Assembly: GCA_028281385.1 (NCBI GenBank)
Contig: JANQJY010000011.1
Location: 3,937 to 67,936 of the forward strand
DNA length: 64,000 nucleotides
Source: Rickettsiales bacterium
GTDB lineage: Bacteria; Pseudomonadota; Alphaproteobacteria; Rickettsiales; UBA3002
Direction of reading: 5' to 3'
This document shows, one piece after another, positions 17,374 through 26,305 of the stretch; position 1 is the stretch's first letter; each line of letters opens with the position of its first letter. The notes under the pieces are model-generated. The model was not told where the DNA came from. It did no database searches and was given only the letters and a program-made list of their open reading frames with translations. The translations under genes were made by a program, and so were the position numbers.

Positions 17374-18615
17374 TCAGTCGGTGTAAAGAGGAGAAGTACG
17401 TATTTTCTGCCGGTCAAAACGGCCTTCGCTGATATCGAGTGCGAGGGCGACCAGAGCGTCTCCGGCGACGTTAATCATGGTACGGATCATATCCATGATC
17501 CGCTCGATTCCCAGCAGGATGGCGATGGCCTCCGCTGGCAGTCCGACCGAGGTCAGTACCAGCGTGAGCATCAGCAGTCCGGCGCCGGGAATACCCGCAG
17601 TACCGATTGCGGCAAGAATGGAAGTGAGGGTGATGGTGACATATTGTGAAAAGGTGAGATCCACCCCGATCGCCTGAGCGATAAAAGCGGCACACACTCC
17701 CTGATACAGCGCAGAGCCGTTCATATTCACTGTTGCGCCCAGTGGCAGGGCAAAGCCGGTGGTCACCGGCGAGACGCCCAGGCGATATTCAACCACCTCC
17801 ATCGTGACCGGCAGCGTTGCGGAGCTTGAAGAAGTGGTGAACGCCATGATCAACGCTTCCTTGATGCAGGTGATGAAGGTAAGCGGATTGATACGCAACA
17901 GGAAATAGAGAATACCGCCGAATACCATTGCGACATGCACGGCGACGGCGGCGATAAACACCAGCAATACTCTGCCAAGTGAGATCAGCACTTCCATATC
18001 CTGCGTTCCGGTGACCCATGCCAGCATGCCGAAAATGCCGAACGGTGCCAACCGCATGACATAGAGGGTAAGGGTAAAACAGACTTCCGATGCGCTGTTG
18101 CAAAACTCGATAAATGGTTGGGCTTTCTTTTTTGTCATGCTGGCTGCCAGCCCGAACAACAGGGCAACGGTGATGATTTGCAGCATATTCCCCTCGACCA
18201 TCGCCGCCAGCGGATTGGTGGGAATCATTTCCAGTACGCTGTCGGCAAATCCTCGTGCTTCGGGAGGAGGCTGCGTATCACTCGCCTCAAAGGCAAGCGA
18301 CAGCCCGTCTCCCGGGCGGAAGAATTCGGCAAAGACAAGTCCGATGCTTATGGCCGCAGCGGCGGTCAGGACATATAATATCAGTGCTTTCAGCCCCATG
18401 CGTCCCAGTGCGGCCGGGTCGCCCAGCGAAGTCACGCCGGAAATCAGGGTAAACAGTACCAGCGGGACGATGAGCATTTTGATCAGGCGGATGAAAAAGT
18501 CCCCCAATGGCTTCAGTACCGCTGCATCTTCCCTGAAAATAAGACCGACCGCTATGCCCAGCAGCATACCGAGAAGTATCTGTTTCCAAAGGGCTAATGC
18601 GAATAATCGTTTCAT
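17374..18615 (-). CDS. dicarboxylate/amino acid:cation symporter (DAACS/SDF family)
   Basis: 413 aa, polytopic. Family strings GATVNMNGSALYQG and GTAGIPGAGLLML. Confidence 0.85.
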   Translation of the reverse strand: MKRLFALALWKQILLGMLLGIAVGLIFREDAAVLKPLGDFFIRLIKMLIVPLVLFTLISGVTSLGDPAALGRMGLKALILYVLTAAAAISIGLVFAEFFRPGDGLSLAFEASDTQPPPEARGFADSVLEMIPTNPLAAMVEGNMLQIITVALLFGLAASMTKKKAQPFIEFCNSASEVCFTLTLYVMRLAPFGIFGMLAWVTGTQDMEVLISLGRVLLVFIAAVAVHVAMVFGGILYFLLRINPLTFITCIKEALIMAFTTSSSSATLPVTMEVVEYRLGVSPVTTGFALPLGATVNMNGSALYQGVCAAFIAQAIGVDLTFSQYVTITLTSILAAIGTAGIPGAGLLMLTLVLTSVGLPAEAIAILLGIERIMDMIRTMINVAGDALVALALDISEGRFDRQKIRTSPLYTD

Positions 18616-18809
18616 AGGGGGCGATAGTAGGTAACTCTTTGCAAAAAAGCGAGCGATTTATGTGGCTGCTCTCTTCCTGCTTCCGCTCATGAGTAAATTG
18701 TTACGATATGATGAAGTTTTGTATTGGCTGAAGGGAAAATGCGCCGGACATGGTATGGTAGTAATGAACAAAAATATGAAGAATATGAGTAGTGCGATAG
18801 CAGAACCCT

Positions 18810-20243
18810 ATGGTGGAATATAATAATAGTAAAGAAAGTGCGCGAATACGCTCGGTAGAGTTTGCTTCGATAGAAGACAGACAATTTGCCTTTGTACGTT
18901 TGTCTGCCTCGGTGGAAGAAGAGGTGGTCAGGCAAATGCTGGCAATGCCTCCGGCGTCCCTGTCCGTTCTGTCCTCCACCCATGACGAACATGGTGACAG
19001 GTTGCTGGTGTGTCATGGAGACAGTACGCCCGAGCAGATAGTAACACAGCTACGTTCTTCCGGTGAGATACTTGAGCTGCCCGATCCCGTAAAGGCTGGG
19101 TTTAATCCGTGGTTGTGGCGCGGTATTACCAGTATTGTCGGGCAAAGTCTGCAGGTGGCTTCGGGGCTATCCGGAAAGGGAACGGCGGCCGACAGATATT
19201 CGCTGATCGGATTCGGTACGTTGAACCTCATGGCGAATGCATCCAATATTATTTTTGGCGCGCAGGAGAAAAATGATCCGTATCAGTTGCGTATGCTTAA
19301 AAAGCAGGTCAATGAAAGTCTCCGGCCTCATGTGAGTGCTGATACGACGCTTCCTGACATAGACGGTAATCCTCTGGAGGGGCGTGAGAAGGAGAAACAG
19401 AGCTTCGGGCAAAAAACCTATGACCTCATGCAGCAATATTCGGTGTCGTTCGGAGAAATTGGTTTGCGCACATTGGGAGCGACACAATTGTCCTTTCCCT
19501 TTACGAATTATAAACAGGCAGCACGTACCTTGCGTAATACAGGGTCGATTGCGGAGACTGTCAAAGTGGCAAAGAATACGAACCCCGTTACTTTTGCCGC
19601 CGGGCTGATGACCCTGCTTGGGAAATTTACCTCCATGGTCGCTACGGAACCGGATCCCTATAACCCCAAACCGTCCGGCGCCGTCGGTACATTTCGTGAA
19701 AAAATCGCTTTTCCGTTGAGTTCCGTCATCGAAGGAGCGGGTGCAGCCTATATGACCCATGACCGCTTTGCGAATCAGAAAATGACGCTTGGCGGCAAAA
19801 CCATGCCGGATTATCTGGGCGGTGTCGGCAATGCCGTATTTGTCGGAGGCTATGGCATACGTCTGGCTGCGCCTTACGGTTCGCGCGAGGTCGATATGCC
19901 GCAGCTTTATGCACATATCAGCGAAGGACTTACCCGGCTGCCCGGTGAAGCACGTGCAAAAGCACTGGCTGAAGCAGCGGTGCAGCTGAAGCGGCATTTC
20001 AGCGATAAACCCCTCACCGTATCGGAAATCTATGCCGCCATTGCAGAGGATCTGCAAAAGAATCATCATATTCGCATAGAGGATAACGCTTCATCTCAGC
20101 CGGAAGTTCCGGACAAGGAAAACCAAGGTGAGCAGCTTGTCACTATAGCTGAAGCTGCGCCGGAAAACCGTATTACCCGCCATGCGTTATCGCATGAAAC
20201 AATGCGTAAAGATATGCAGCGGCATGCGATAGACCATGCGTAA
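18810..20243 (+). CDS. hypothetical protein (477 aa)
   Basis: Long ORF preceded by an AT-rich 190-nt spacer. Several hydrophobic or amphipathic stretches (GITSIVGQSLQVASGL, FAAGLMTLLGKFTSMV, GNAVFVGGYGIRLAAP). No family recognised. Confidence 0.5.
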   Translation: MVEYNNSKESARIRSVEFASIEDRQFAFVRLSASVEEEVVRQMLAMPPASLSVLSSTHDEHGDRLLVCHGDSTPEQIVTQLRSSGEILELPDPVKAGFNPWLWRGITSIVGQSLQVASGLSGKGTAADRYSLIGFGTLNLMANASNIIFGAQEKNDPYQLRMLKKQVNESLRPHVSADTTLPDIDGNPLEGREKEKQSFGQKTYDLMQQYSVSFGEIGLRTLGATQLSFPFTNYKQAARTLRNTGSIAETVKVAKNTNPVTFAAGLMTLLGKFTSMVATEPDPYNPKPSGAVGTFREKIAFPLSSVIEGAGAAYMTHDRFANQKMTLGGKTMPDYLGGVGNAVFVGGYGIRLAAPYGSREVDMPQLYAHISEGLTRLPGEARAKALAEAAVQLKRHFSDKPLTVSEIYAAIAEDLQKNHHIRIEDNASSQPEVPDKENQGEQLVTIAEAAPENRITRHALSHETMRKDMQRHAIDHA

Positions 20244-20254
20244 TGCTTTTGCTG

Positions 20255-20312
20255 GCGCAACCTGGTTGACCGGTTACGAGTCTGTTTAGGAATAGGGCAT
20301 GATTGTCCAATG
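20255..20312. repeat. cassette-boundary repeat, copy R1
   Basis: GCGCAACCTGGTTGACCGGTTACGAGTCTGTTTAGG matches 21762-21797 at 29/36 positions, and every mismatch is a transition (hand count). The tail AGGAATAGGGCATGATTGTCC resembles R3. It contains the hairpin AGGGCAT-N9-ATGCCCT. Confidence 0.7.
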
Positions 20313-20421
20313 CCCTGTACTCAATGTAATATTTTTATTATTCTCACATTTATCTAAATGGAGGGCGCTGGCAATTATTTGCATGTTTTGATATTTTGCC
20401 CATTCAATCAGCATATTGGGA

Positions 20422-21726
20422 ATGGTTGACATGCCAGATGTTAAGAAAAAACAGATTATGAGTAATGCTTCTTCAAATCATTTATTGGACGTGATAAGAG
20501 CACTCTTGAAGCGTGCGAGAAGAGAACGAGAAATATTAACCATATTACGATCCGAGTCATTTCCATACCCAGGACTTACACTTGAACCCGATAAAATCTA
20601 TCGGCTGCAAACTCGGCAAACAATATTGGATTGGAGCAAAAAGGCATTCTCAGAGGAACAAATATATGATGGTTCCGTTTTTTTGAATAAAGTAACCTTT
20701 AACGCATCCCATTTCCAGGGATATACAAGCTTTGAGAAGGTCATTTTTTGCGAAGATGTGGATTTTACCGAAGTAACTTTCGACAAAAAAGTAGTGTTTA
20801 ATGAAGTGATCTTTTGCAAAAAAGTCGATTTTTCTGAAGCCACTTTCCACGAGCAGGCATTATTCGAAGAAGTTATTTTTGCGGGTGAAGCAAATTACCA
20901 TGCGGCGCATTTTGCAGGTCCTACCGCATTTGACCGCAGTATCTGGCTGAAATATCTTCCTAATTTCACTAATGCCAGTTTTGTCGAACCCCCGGACCCG
21001 GAAGATTTTATAAATATACTTTATTGCCTTAGAGAGATAGATAAGCCTTTACTCCCAGAGCGTTGCCAAGAGCAGACGAAGATTTGGATTGCTGATTCCT
21101 TTATGAAAGAGAAAGATAATGAAAGCTGTTATGGTAAAATAAAAAGATTATTTTTTCCAAAATGCCTTCAGAAGCAAATGAAAGCTTGGAACCCTGATAT
21201 ATTCAGGACGCATGAAGACGATAAAAGTTTCTATGACAAAATAAGAAAGTTACGAGGATTTGCAAAGACCGCAGGAGATAGAAAAAGTGAACTTGACTAC
21301 TTCGCGTGGCAAATCAAGGCAACAAAAGAAAAAACCAGATGGACAAAAAAAATAACATATTACCTTTATGAGTGGTTTTCAGATTATGGCAGGAGTGCAT
21401 TGAGGCCATTTCTCGGACTTCTTGTCGTTATCTTTGTCAATGCTTACATACATTGCGCTGTACCATGCGGTCCCTGTATAGAGACATCTTTCGAAGAAAA
21501 TCATAGTTCTCTTTGCAAAGATCGCGATAAAGATGGGGAGTTTTTTCACGCTCTTTCTCACGTACTGGCTGTCTCTATACCGGTACTTGCAGACTCTTAT
21601 ACGGGGTCATCTGCCAGAAAAGACTATGATATTGCATTATATGTGTCTGATATATTTTCCAGCATTGCATCGATGACCTTTCTCTTTCTGATTGCATTAG
21701 CGTGGCGTAATCGATTCCGCTTGTAG
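20422..21726 (+). CDS. pentapeptide-repeat protein with a C-terminal two-TM membrane region
   Basis: Three ~22-aa units built of pentapeptide repeats (VIFCEDVDFTEVTFDKKVVFNE / VIFCKKVDFSEATFHEQALFEE / VIFAGEANYHAAHFAGPTAFDR). C-terminal WFSDYGRS motif followed by TM helices LGLLVVIFVNAYIHCAV and IASMTFLFLIALAW. The gene is strongly AT-rich. Confidence 0.75.
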   Translation: MVDMPDVKKKQIMSNASSNHLLDVIRALLKRARREREILTILRSESFPYPGLTLEPDKIYRLQTRQTILDWSKKAFSEEQIYDGSVFLNKVTFNASHFQGYTSFEKVIFCEDVDFTEVTFDKKVVFNEVIFCKKVDFSEATFHEQALFEEVIFAGEANYHAAHFAGPTAFDRSIWLKYLPNFTNASFVEPPDPEDFINILYCLREIDKPLLPERCQEQTKIWIADSFMKEKDNESCYGKIKRLFFPKCLQKQMKAWNPDIFRTHEDDKSFYDKIRKLRGFAKTAGDRKSELDYFAWQIKATKEKTRWTKKITYYLYEWFSDYGRSALRPFLGLLVVIFVNAYIHCAVPCGPCIETSFEENHSSLCKDRDKDGEFFHALSHVLAVSIPVLADSYTGSSARKDYDIALYVSDIFSSIASMTFLFLIALAWRNRFRL

Positions 21727-21761
21727 TATCCATATGTGTCAGGAACAAACTAAGAGTGGAT

Positions 21762-21840
21762 GCGCAGCCTGGCTGGCCGGTTGCGAATCTGTTTGGAGGA
21801 TGAAATCGTGATTATTCAGTATCCAAAACCATCTGCATAA
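21762..21840. repeat. cassette-boundary repeat, copy R2, including a relic gene 3' end
   Basis: The left part matches R1. GAGGAT-N6-GTGATTATTCAGTATC (21796-21823) matches 24278-24305 with a 16/16 identical core. On the minus strand it reads ...VLDTE-stop, against ...VSDTE-stop of the VOC gene at R3. Confidence 0.7.
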
Positions 21841-21874
21841 ATTTAAGATCGTTGTTCAAGCAAGATGATTTTAT

Positions 21875-22276
21875 CTAACGATCCATATAATGGATCACCA
21901 TATCATACATAGTGATGATGCCTGCGGCTTTACCATCCTCAATGACCAGGGCGCGTAATTGATTTACCTGATCCAACAGACGAATGGCATAGCGGATGTT
22001 CATGTCGCCATGCACGGTCAGCACCGGCTTTTTCATGATTTCATACACATTGACGCGCTCTGGCGAAAGATCCTTTTCTATCACTTGTTGGGCAATTTCC
22101 TGCACGGTCACAAAGCCATATTCATCACCCTCATCACGCTTGTTAATGATGAGTGCGCCATAGTGCTTTTCTTTCATGATACGGATAGCTTCCGCTACGG
22201 TGGCCATACCTTCAATGGTTTCCAAATGGGGCGTCATAACGTCCCGAACGCTGATATAGTCTTTTGTGTCGCTCAT
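21875..22276 (-). CDS. CBS-domain pair protein
   Basis: 133 aa with two CBS-like halves (VRDVMTPHLETIEGMATVAEAIRIM... and IMKKPVLTVHGDMNIRYAIRLL...). Overlaps the upstream PII-like gene by 4 nt. Confidence 0.8.
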   Translation of the reverse strand: MSDTKDYISVRDVMTPHLETIEGMATVAEAIRIMKEKHYGALIINKRDEGDEYGFVTVQEIAQQVIEKDLSPERVNVYEIMKKPVLTVHGDMNIRYAIRLLDQVNQLRALVIEDGKAAGIITMYDMVIHYMDR

Positions 22277-22623
22277 ATCTGATCCTCAATTTCCTGTTCA
22301 ATGGTTTCTAATTGTGCTTTCATGCCAACGACATCTTCAATGTCCAACTGCATGGCGATGCCTGTACCGGAACCGGTGTCAAACTCAGCGACTTCTGCTA
22401 TGCCTTCCAGTATTTCCCGGCTTAAGTGGCGCTCGACAATGAACATGACCATATCGATCTGGCCTTCGATGGTCAGCCCAAAAAATGATTTCTGCGGAGT
22501 CAGACCTTCGCCGCGCCCGCTGGTAATAACGGTTGCGCCGGTTGCTCCCATTTTTCGCGCTTTGGCGATTACCTTATCGGTACAATCGTCAGAAACAAGC
22601 CCTATGATAAGCTTGAAGTCCAT
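22273..22623 (-). CDS. P-II-like signal-transduction protein
   Basis: 116 aa. Beta-alpha-beta pattern with a T-loop-like GRGEGLTPQKSFFG. Positioned directly after two DUF1538 genes, a recurrent pairing. Confidence 0.65.
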   Translation of the reverse strand: MDFKLIIGLVSDDCTDKVIAKARKMGATGATVITSGRGEGLTPQKSFFGLTIEGQIDMVMFIVERHLSREILEGIAEVAEFDTGSGTGIAMQLDIEDVVGMKAQLETIEQEIEDQI

Positions 22624-22626
22624 AAT

Positions 22627-23430
22627 CTAGTCTCCTTTTTCATCGTTATGAGAGCATTGCTCCTGTTTTCGATATCTGATTCTGGCTTGCCAAGCGGACA
22701 GTTGTGCATATCCCATGACCGTTATCATAGGAAAAAGGCTGGCCAATGCAATCAGTCCAAATCCGTCGATCAATACGCTGCGACCTGGCACAGTAGAGGC
22801 CAGACCAAGGCCTAATGCGGTGACTAACGGCACTGTAACGGTGGAGGTGGTGACGCCGCCGGAGTCGTAGGCCAGCGGCACTAGCCATTTTGGTGCAAAG
22901 ATGGTTTGCACAATCACCACCACATACCCTACCATCATATATAAATGTAGTGGTGTGCCCGTGACAATGCGAAAGGCACCCAGCGCAATGCTTAAGGACA
23001 CTCCGATTGCTACGGCGATACGTAGGCCCCATGCACCAACGGCGCCGCCGGAGATTTCGCTGGCTTTCATGGCCACTGCGATCAAAGATGGCTCAGCCAC
23101 GGTGGTGGAAAAACCAATGGCTGCTGCAAATAGATAGACCCAGTAATAATTCTGCCAGTTTATCGCTTCACCGATAGCGCCGCCAATAAAGCCTGGGTCG
23201 GTCAATTGTCTGGCCATCACTTCACCCAGCGGGAATAATGCTTGCTCCAGCCCGACCAGAAACAAGGCCAGCCCGGTGATGATGTAGCCCATACCGACAA
23301 CCACTTTTTTGAGATTGCGAATCGGTTTGCGCAGTACGACATAATGGAAAGATACCAGCAAAATAATGATCGGTGCGACATCACGAATGGTGTTGATGAA
23401 AGTGTCAAATGTCGTGTACAGTAATTCCAT
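22627..23430 (-). CDS. DUF1538-family integral membrane protein
   Basis: Polytopic. Signature [24 protein letters not shown] and FPLGEVMA. Paralog of the adjacent gene. Confidence 0.7.
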   Translation of the reverse strand: MELLYTTFDTFINTIRDVAPIIILLVSFHYVVLRKPIRNLKKVVVGMGYIITGLALFLVGLEQALFPLGEVMARQLTDPGFIGGAIGEAINWQNYYWVYLFAAAIGFSTTVAEPSLIAVAMKASEISGGAVGAWGLRIAVAIGVSLSIALGAFRIVTGTPLHLYMMVGYVVVIVQTIFAPKWLVPLAYDSGGVTTSTVTVPLVTALGLGLASTVPGRSVLIDGFGLIALASLFPMITVMGYAQLSAWQARIRYRKQEQCSHNDEKGD

Positions 23431-24143
23431 TACATCACCATCCCATACACAAGCACAAAACCAATTGGAAATAAACTTGCCAGCGCGATGAGACCGAAGC
23501 CGTCAATCATCGGATTGCGGCCTTTAATCACGGTAGAAAGGCCAATGCCCAATGCAGTGACCAGCGGTACGGTAATGGTTGATGTGGTTACACCGCCCGA
23601 GTCATACGCCACGCCGATAATTTCACGCGGAGCGAACTGCGTCAGCGCAACAATAATGATATAGCCGCCGATGATGATATATTGAATCGGCCAGCCTTTT
23701 AAAATACGAATGACGCCAACAACCAGGGAAAGCCCAACGGATATCGCTACTGTATAGCGAAGGCCTGTGGCGTAAGACGCCTGTGCATCCGGGTTACTTT
23801 CAATGAGTTCTGCCGCCGCAGTGACTTTGGCGGCCTCGGCAGATACGGCAATCAGTGCAGGTTCCGCCACCGTAGTGCCAAAGCCCAGCGAAAAAGCAAA
23901 CAGGATCAGCCAAAACACACTGCCTTTTTTGGCAAAAGCTTCGGCCATTCCTTCGCCAACAGGAAACAGGCTTAGATTCAACCCCTGCACAAACAGGGCA
24001 AGGCCAAACACCACCGCAGCCAGTCCAATCAGGATTTGTCCGGGATTGGGAAAAGGCTGTTGCAATACCACGATCTGGAAAAAAGCAATAACCAGAATAA
24101 TCGGGGCCAAATCCCGCAGACTATCAAATAAGAAACGAAGCAT
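23430..24143 (-). CDS. DUF1538-family integral membrane protein
   Basis: Polytopic. [24 protein letters not shown] and FPVGEGMA. Its stop overlaps the start of the downstream paralog. Confidence 0.7.
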   Translation of the reverse strand: MLRFLFDSLRDLAPIILVIAFFQIVVLQQPFPNPGQILIGLAAVVFGLALFVQGLNLSLFPVGEGMAEAFAKKGSVFWLILFAFSLGFGTTVAEPALIAVSAEAAKVTAAAELIESNPDAQASYATGLRYTVAISVGLSLVVGVIRILKGWPIQYIIIGGYIIIVALTQFAPREIIGVAYDSGGVTTSTITVPLVTALGIGLSTVIKGRNPMIDGFGLIALASLFPIGFVLVYGMVM

Positions 24144-24247
24144 ATGTCACTAACATTAAAAATCGTATTGGAATATACATGACTAACTCTGAGGTAGTGA
24201 TTCTTTTTTCTACGGAATGTGGAAATGATACATCATCAAAAATGGTG

Positions 24248-24320
24248 CAAGCTAGTGGACCGGTTAGAGCTTGCCCTGAGGATAGGGTTGTGATTATTCA
24301 GTATCTGAAACTGTCCGGAT
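24248..24320. repeat. cassette-boundary repeat, copy R3
   Basis: GACCGGTTAGAGCTTGCCCTGAGGATAGGGTTGTGATTATTCAGTATC covers the last codons and the 3' flank of the VOC gene. See R1 and R2. Confidence 0.7.
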
Positions 24321-24701
24321 CTCTTCTCCAAAAAACAGCAGGCATCCATCTGGGTCTTTGACGTGAAATTCACGCATACCGTAATCTTGTGTAAAGGGCG
24401 GGCGTACTTGCCCCTTTGGTAATGAATCCAATTTTGCCTTTAGGTGCTCGTAGAATATGTCAACCTGTCTGATCCAGAGATAAATGGAAATGTTATTAGC
24501 CGTTGCTTTCAATACCTCGTCACTATCCGTGCGAACAAAATGAATCGCTGCATCGCCATGTAGAACAATGGCAAACGTTTCGTCCTGTGAAACAAAGCGC
24601 GCCTCAAAGCCCAATATATCGACATAAAAATTGACGGTGCGTCGTATATCTTTAACCGGCACAATGGCAACGGCATCTTCAATCACAGGAGTAAAACTCA
24701 T
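24294..24701 (-). CDS. VOC-family (glyoxalase / bleomycin-resistance fold) protein
   Basis: 135 aa. Opening AIVPVKDIRRTVNFYVDILGFEARF and C-terminal REFHVKDPDGCLLFFGE, both typical of this fold. Confidence 0.75.
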   Translation of the reverse strand: MSFTPVIEDAVAIVPVKDIRRTVNFYVDILGFEARFVSQDETFAIVLHGDAAIHFVRTDSDEVLKATANNISIYLWIRQVDIFYEHLKAKLDSLPKGQVRPPFTQDYGMREFHVKDPDGCLLFFGEEIRTVSDTE

Positions 24702-24771
24702 AGAGCCTCTATCAATACAGAAAAGGTGCAGTATATGAAAGCGGTTTTCTTTGTACCGGGTACAAATGTGT

Positions 24772-24848
24772 TGGCGCGCCCTGAGGGATTCGAACCCCCG
24801 ACCGTCGGATTAGAAATCCGATGCTCTATCCAGCTGAGCTAAGGGCGC
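24772..24848 (-). tRNA. tRNA-Arg (anticodon UCU)
   Basis: Reverse complement folds as a cloverleaf. Acceptor GCGCCCT/AGGGCGC, D stem GCTC/GAGC, anticodon stem TCGGA/TCCGA with loop TTTCTAA, T arm GGGGG-TTCGAAT-CCCTC. CCA is encoded. Confidence 0.93.
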
Positions 24849-24883
24849 TTCTAGAATGCCCGCCCACTATAAGACAGGGGTGC

Positions 24884-26296
24884 TTAAAGCCCAAGCGTTA
24901 ATCCGTGTGGGGTGATCAATTCCTCAAGCATGGTGGTGAGATTGTCCAGCGCGTCTTTGCTCGAGGCTTCGCAGCGGGCAACTAGCGCCGGTTGGGTGTT
25001 GGAAGCACGCAGCAGCCACCAGCCATCTTCCGTGCTAGCGCGCACGCCATCGATGTCATTGAATGTCATGCCGCGCTTTCGTAAGTCATCCTGTAGCTCT
25101 TCAATGATGCTGAATTTCTTTTCGTCCGGGCAGTCGATACGGATTTCCGGTGTGGTGAAAGCAGTAGAGAGCTGATCAATCCGTTCACTAAGCGGCCTAT
25201 TAGATTCACAGATAAGCCGAATCAGGCGGATGGCGGCATACAGCCCATCATCAAAGCCGTAATAGTCATCGGCAAAGAAAATATGACCACTGGCTTCGCC
25301 GGCGAAACTTGCGTCGATCTCCTTCATTTTGGTTTTGATATGCGAATGACCGGTCTTCCACATCAGCGGCGTGCCGCCTTTTTGGGCGATAAAATCAAAT
25401 ACGCTCTGACTGGTTTTGACATCGGCGATCATGGTGGTGCCGGGATGTTTATGGAGTATCTGTTCGGCAAACAGCATGAGCAGATGGTCCGGTGAGATCA
25501 ACCGTCCCTTATCGTCAATTGCTCCCAGCCGGTCACCATCGCCGTCAAACGCCAGACCAAGTTGTGCGCCGTTTTGTAGAACGGCCTGTTTCACATCCTG
25601 CAGATTTTCCGGCAATGACGGATCGGGGTGGTGGTTGGGGAAATGCCCGTCAATCTCGGTATAAAGCAGCGTGTGTGTCATGCTGGTGAGGTTTTTTGTC
25701 AACGCTTCCACCACCTCGCCGGTCGCGCCATTGCCACTGTCCCATGTGATATGCATCGGCACGTTAACATTTTCCAGAGGCGTGAGTAGTGCGTTGACAT
25801 ACGCATCGAATACACGGAGCTGTTCATGCTTGCCTTCCGCGTGATCCAGCGTATTGGTTTCAACGCGCTGTGCAAGCAGACGGATATCGTCACTGAAAAA
25901 TGCCTTGCCGCCCATAACCATTTTAAAGCCGTTATGGCTCGGCGGGTTGTGTGAACCGGTGACCATGATACCACCGTCGGTTTTGAGGTGATGAGTTGCA
26001 AAATATAACATGGGTGTCGGACCGATGCCGATGTCTTTGACATGAGCGCCGCCGGCGATCAGCCCGTCGATTAATGCGGCGGATAATTCGGGGGAGCTCA
26101 AGCGGCCGTCACGACCGACGGCTACAACCGGCATATTGCTGTTGAGCCGTTCGCGCGCAATGGTGGCAAAGGCCTGGCCAATAACGAAGGCATCCTGCGA
26201 ATATAAGGTATCATCGACCACGCCACGAATGTCATATTCACGCAGAATAGTAGGATGAAAGGCGTGAGGTTCGGACGAGGTGGCGGGTTGAGACAT
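24884..26296 (-). CDS. phosphomannomutase/phosphoglucomutase (alpha-D-phosphohexomutase)
   Basis: Phosphoserine loop TGSHNPPSHNGFK, metal loop FDGDGDRLG and sugar loop GEASGH. Confidence 0.9.
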   Translation of the reverse strand: MSQPATSSEPHAFHPTILREYDIRGVVDDTLYSQDAFVIGQAFATIARERLNSNMPVVAVGRDGRLSSPELSAALIDGLIAGGAHVKDIGIGPTPMLYFATHHLKTDGGIMVTGSHNPPSHNGFKMVMGGKAFFSDDIRLLAQRVETNTLDHAEGKHEQLRVFDAYVNALLTPLENVNVPMHITWDSGNGATGEVVEALTKNLTSMTHTLLYTEIDGHFPNHHPDPSLPENLQDVKQAVLQNGAQLGLAFDGDGDRLGAIDDKGRLISPDHLLMLFAEQILHKHPGTTMIADVKTSQSVFDFIAQKGGTPLMWKTGHSHIKTKMKEIDASFAGEASGHIFFADDYYGFDDGLYAAIRLIRLICESNRPLSERIDQLSTAFTTPEIRIDCPDEKKFSIIEELQDDLRKRGMTFNDIDGVRASTEDGWWLLRASNTQPALVARCEASSKDALDNLTTMLEELITPHGLTLGL

Positions 26297-26305
26297 GACG
26301 ACTCC

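Noticed and set aside
19167-20069. 300-aa minus-strand ORF inside the 18810-20243 gene
   Set aside because: It is Arg/Cys/His-rich and lacks a plausible start context. The plus-strand frame has more protein-like composition. Neither frame has a family match, however, so this rejection is less certain than the others.
24271-24283. GCCCTGAGGAT in R3 resembles GCCCTGAGGGAT at the 3' end of tRNA-Arg (possible att duplication)
   Set aside because: The match is only ~11 nt with an indel. The flanking order does not follow the tRNA sequence, and the VOC gene lies between the match and the tRNA. This is too short to call.
20255-24320. Interpreting repeats R1-R3 as integron attC sites
   Set aside because: No integron integrase or attI lies nearby. 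I could not find the RYYYAAC / GTTRRRY core pairs or the imperfect-palindrome architecture of attC.
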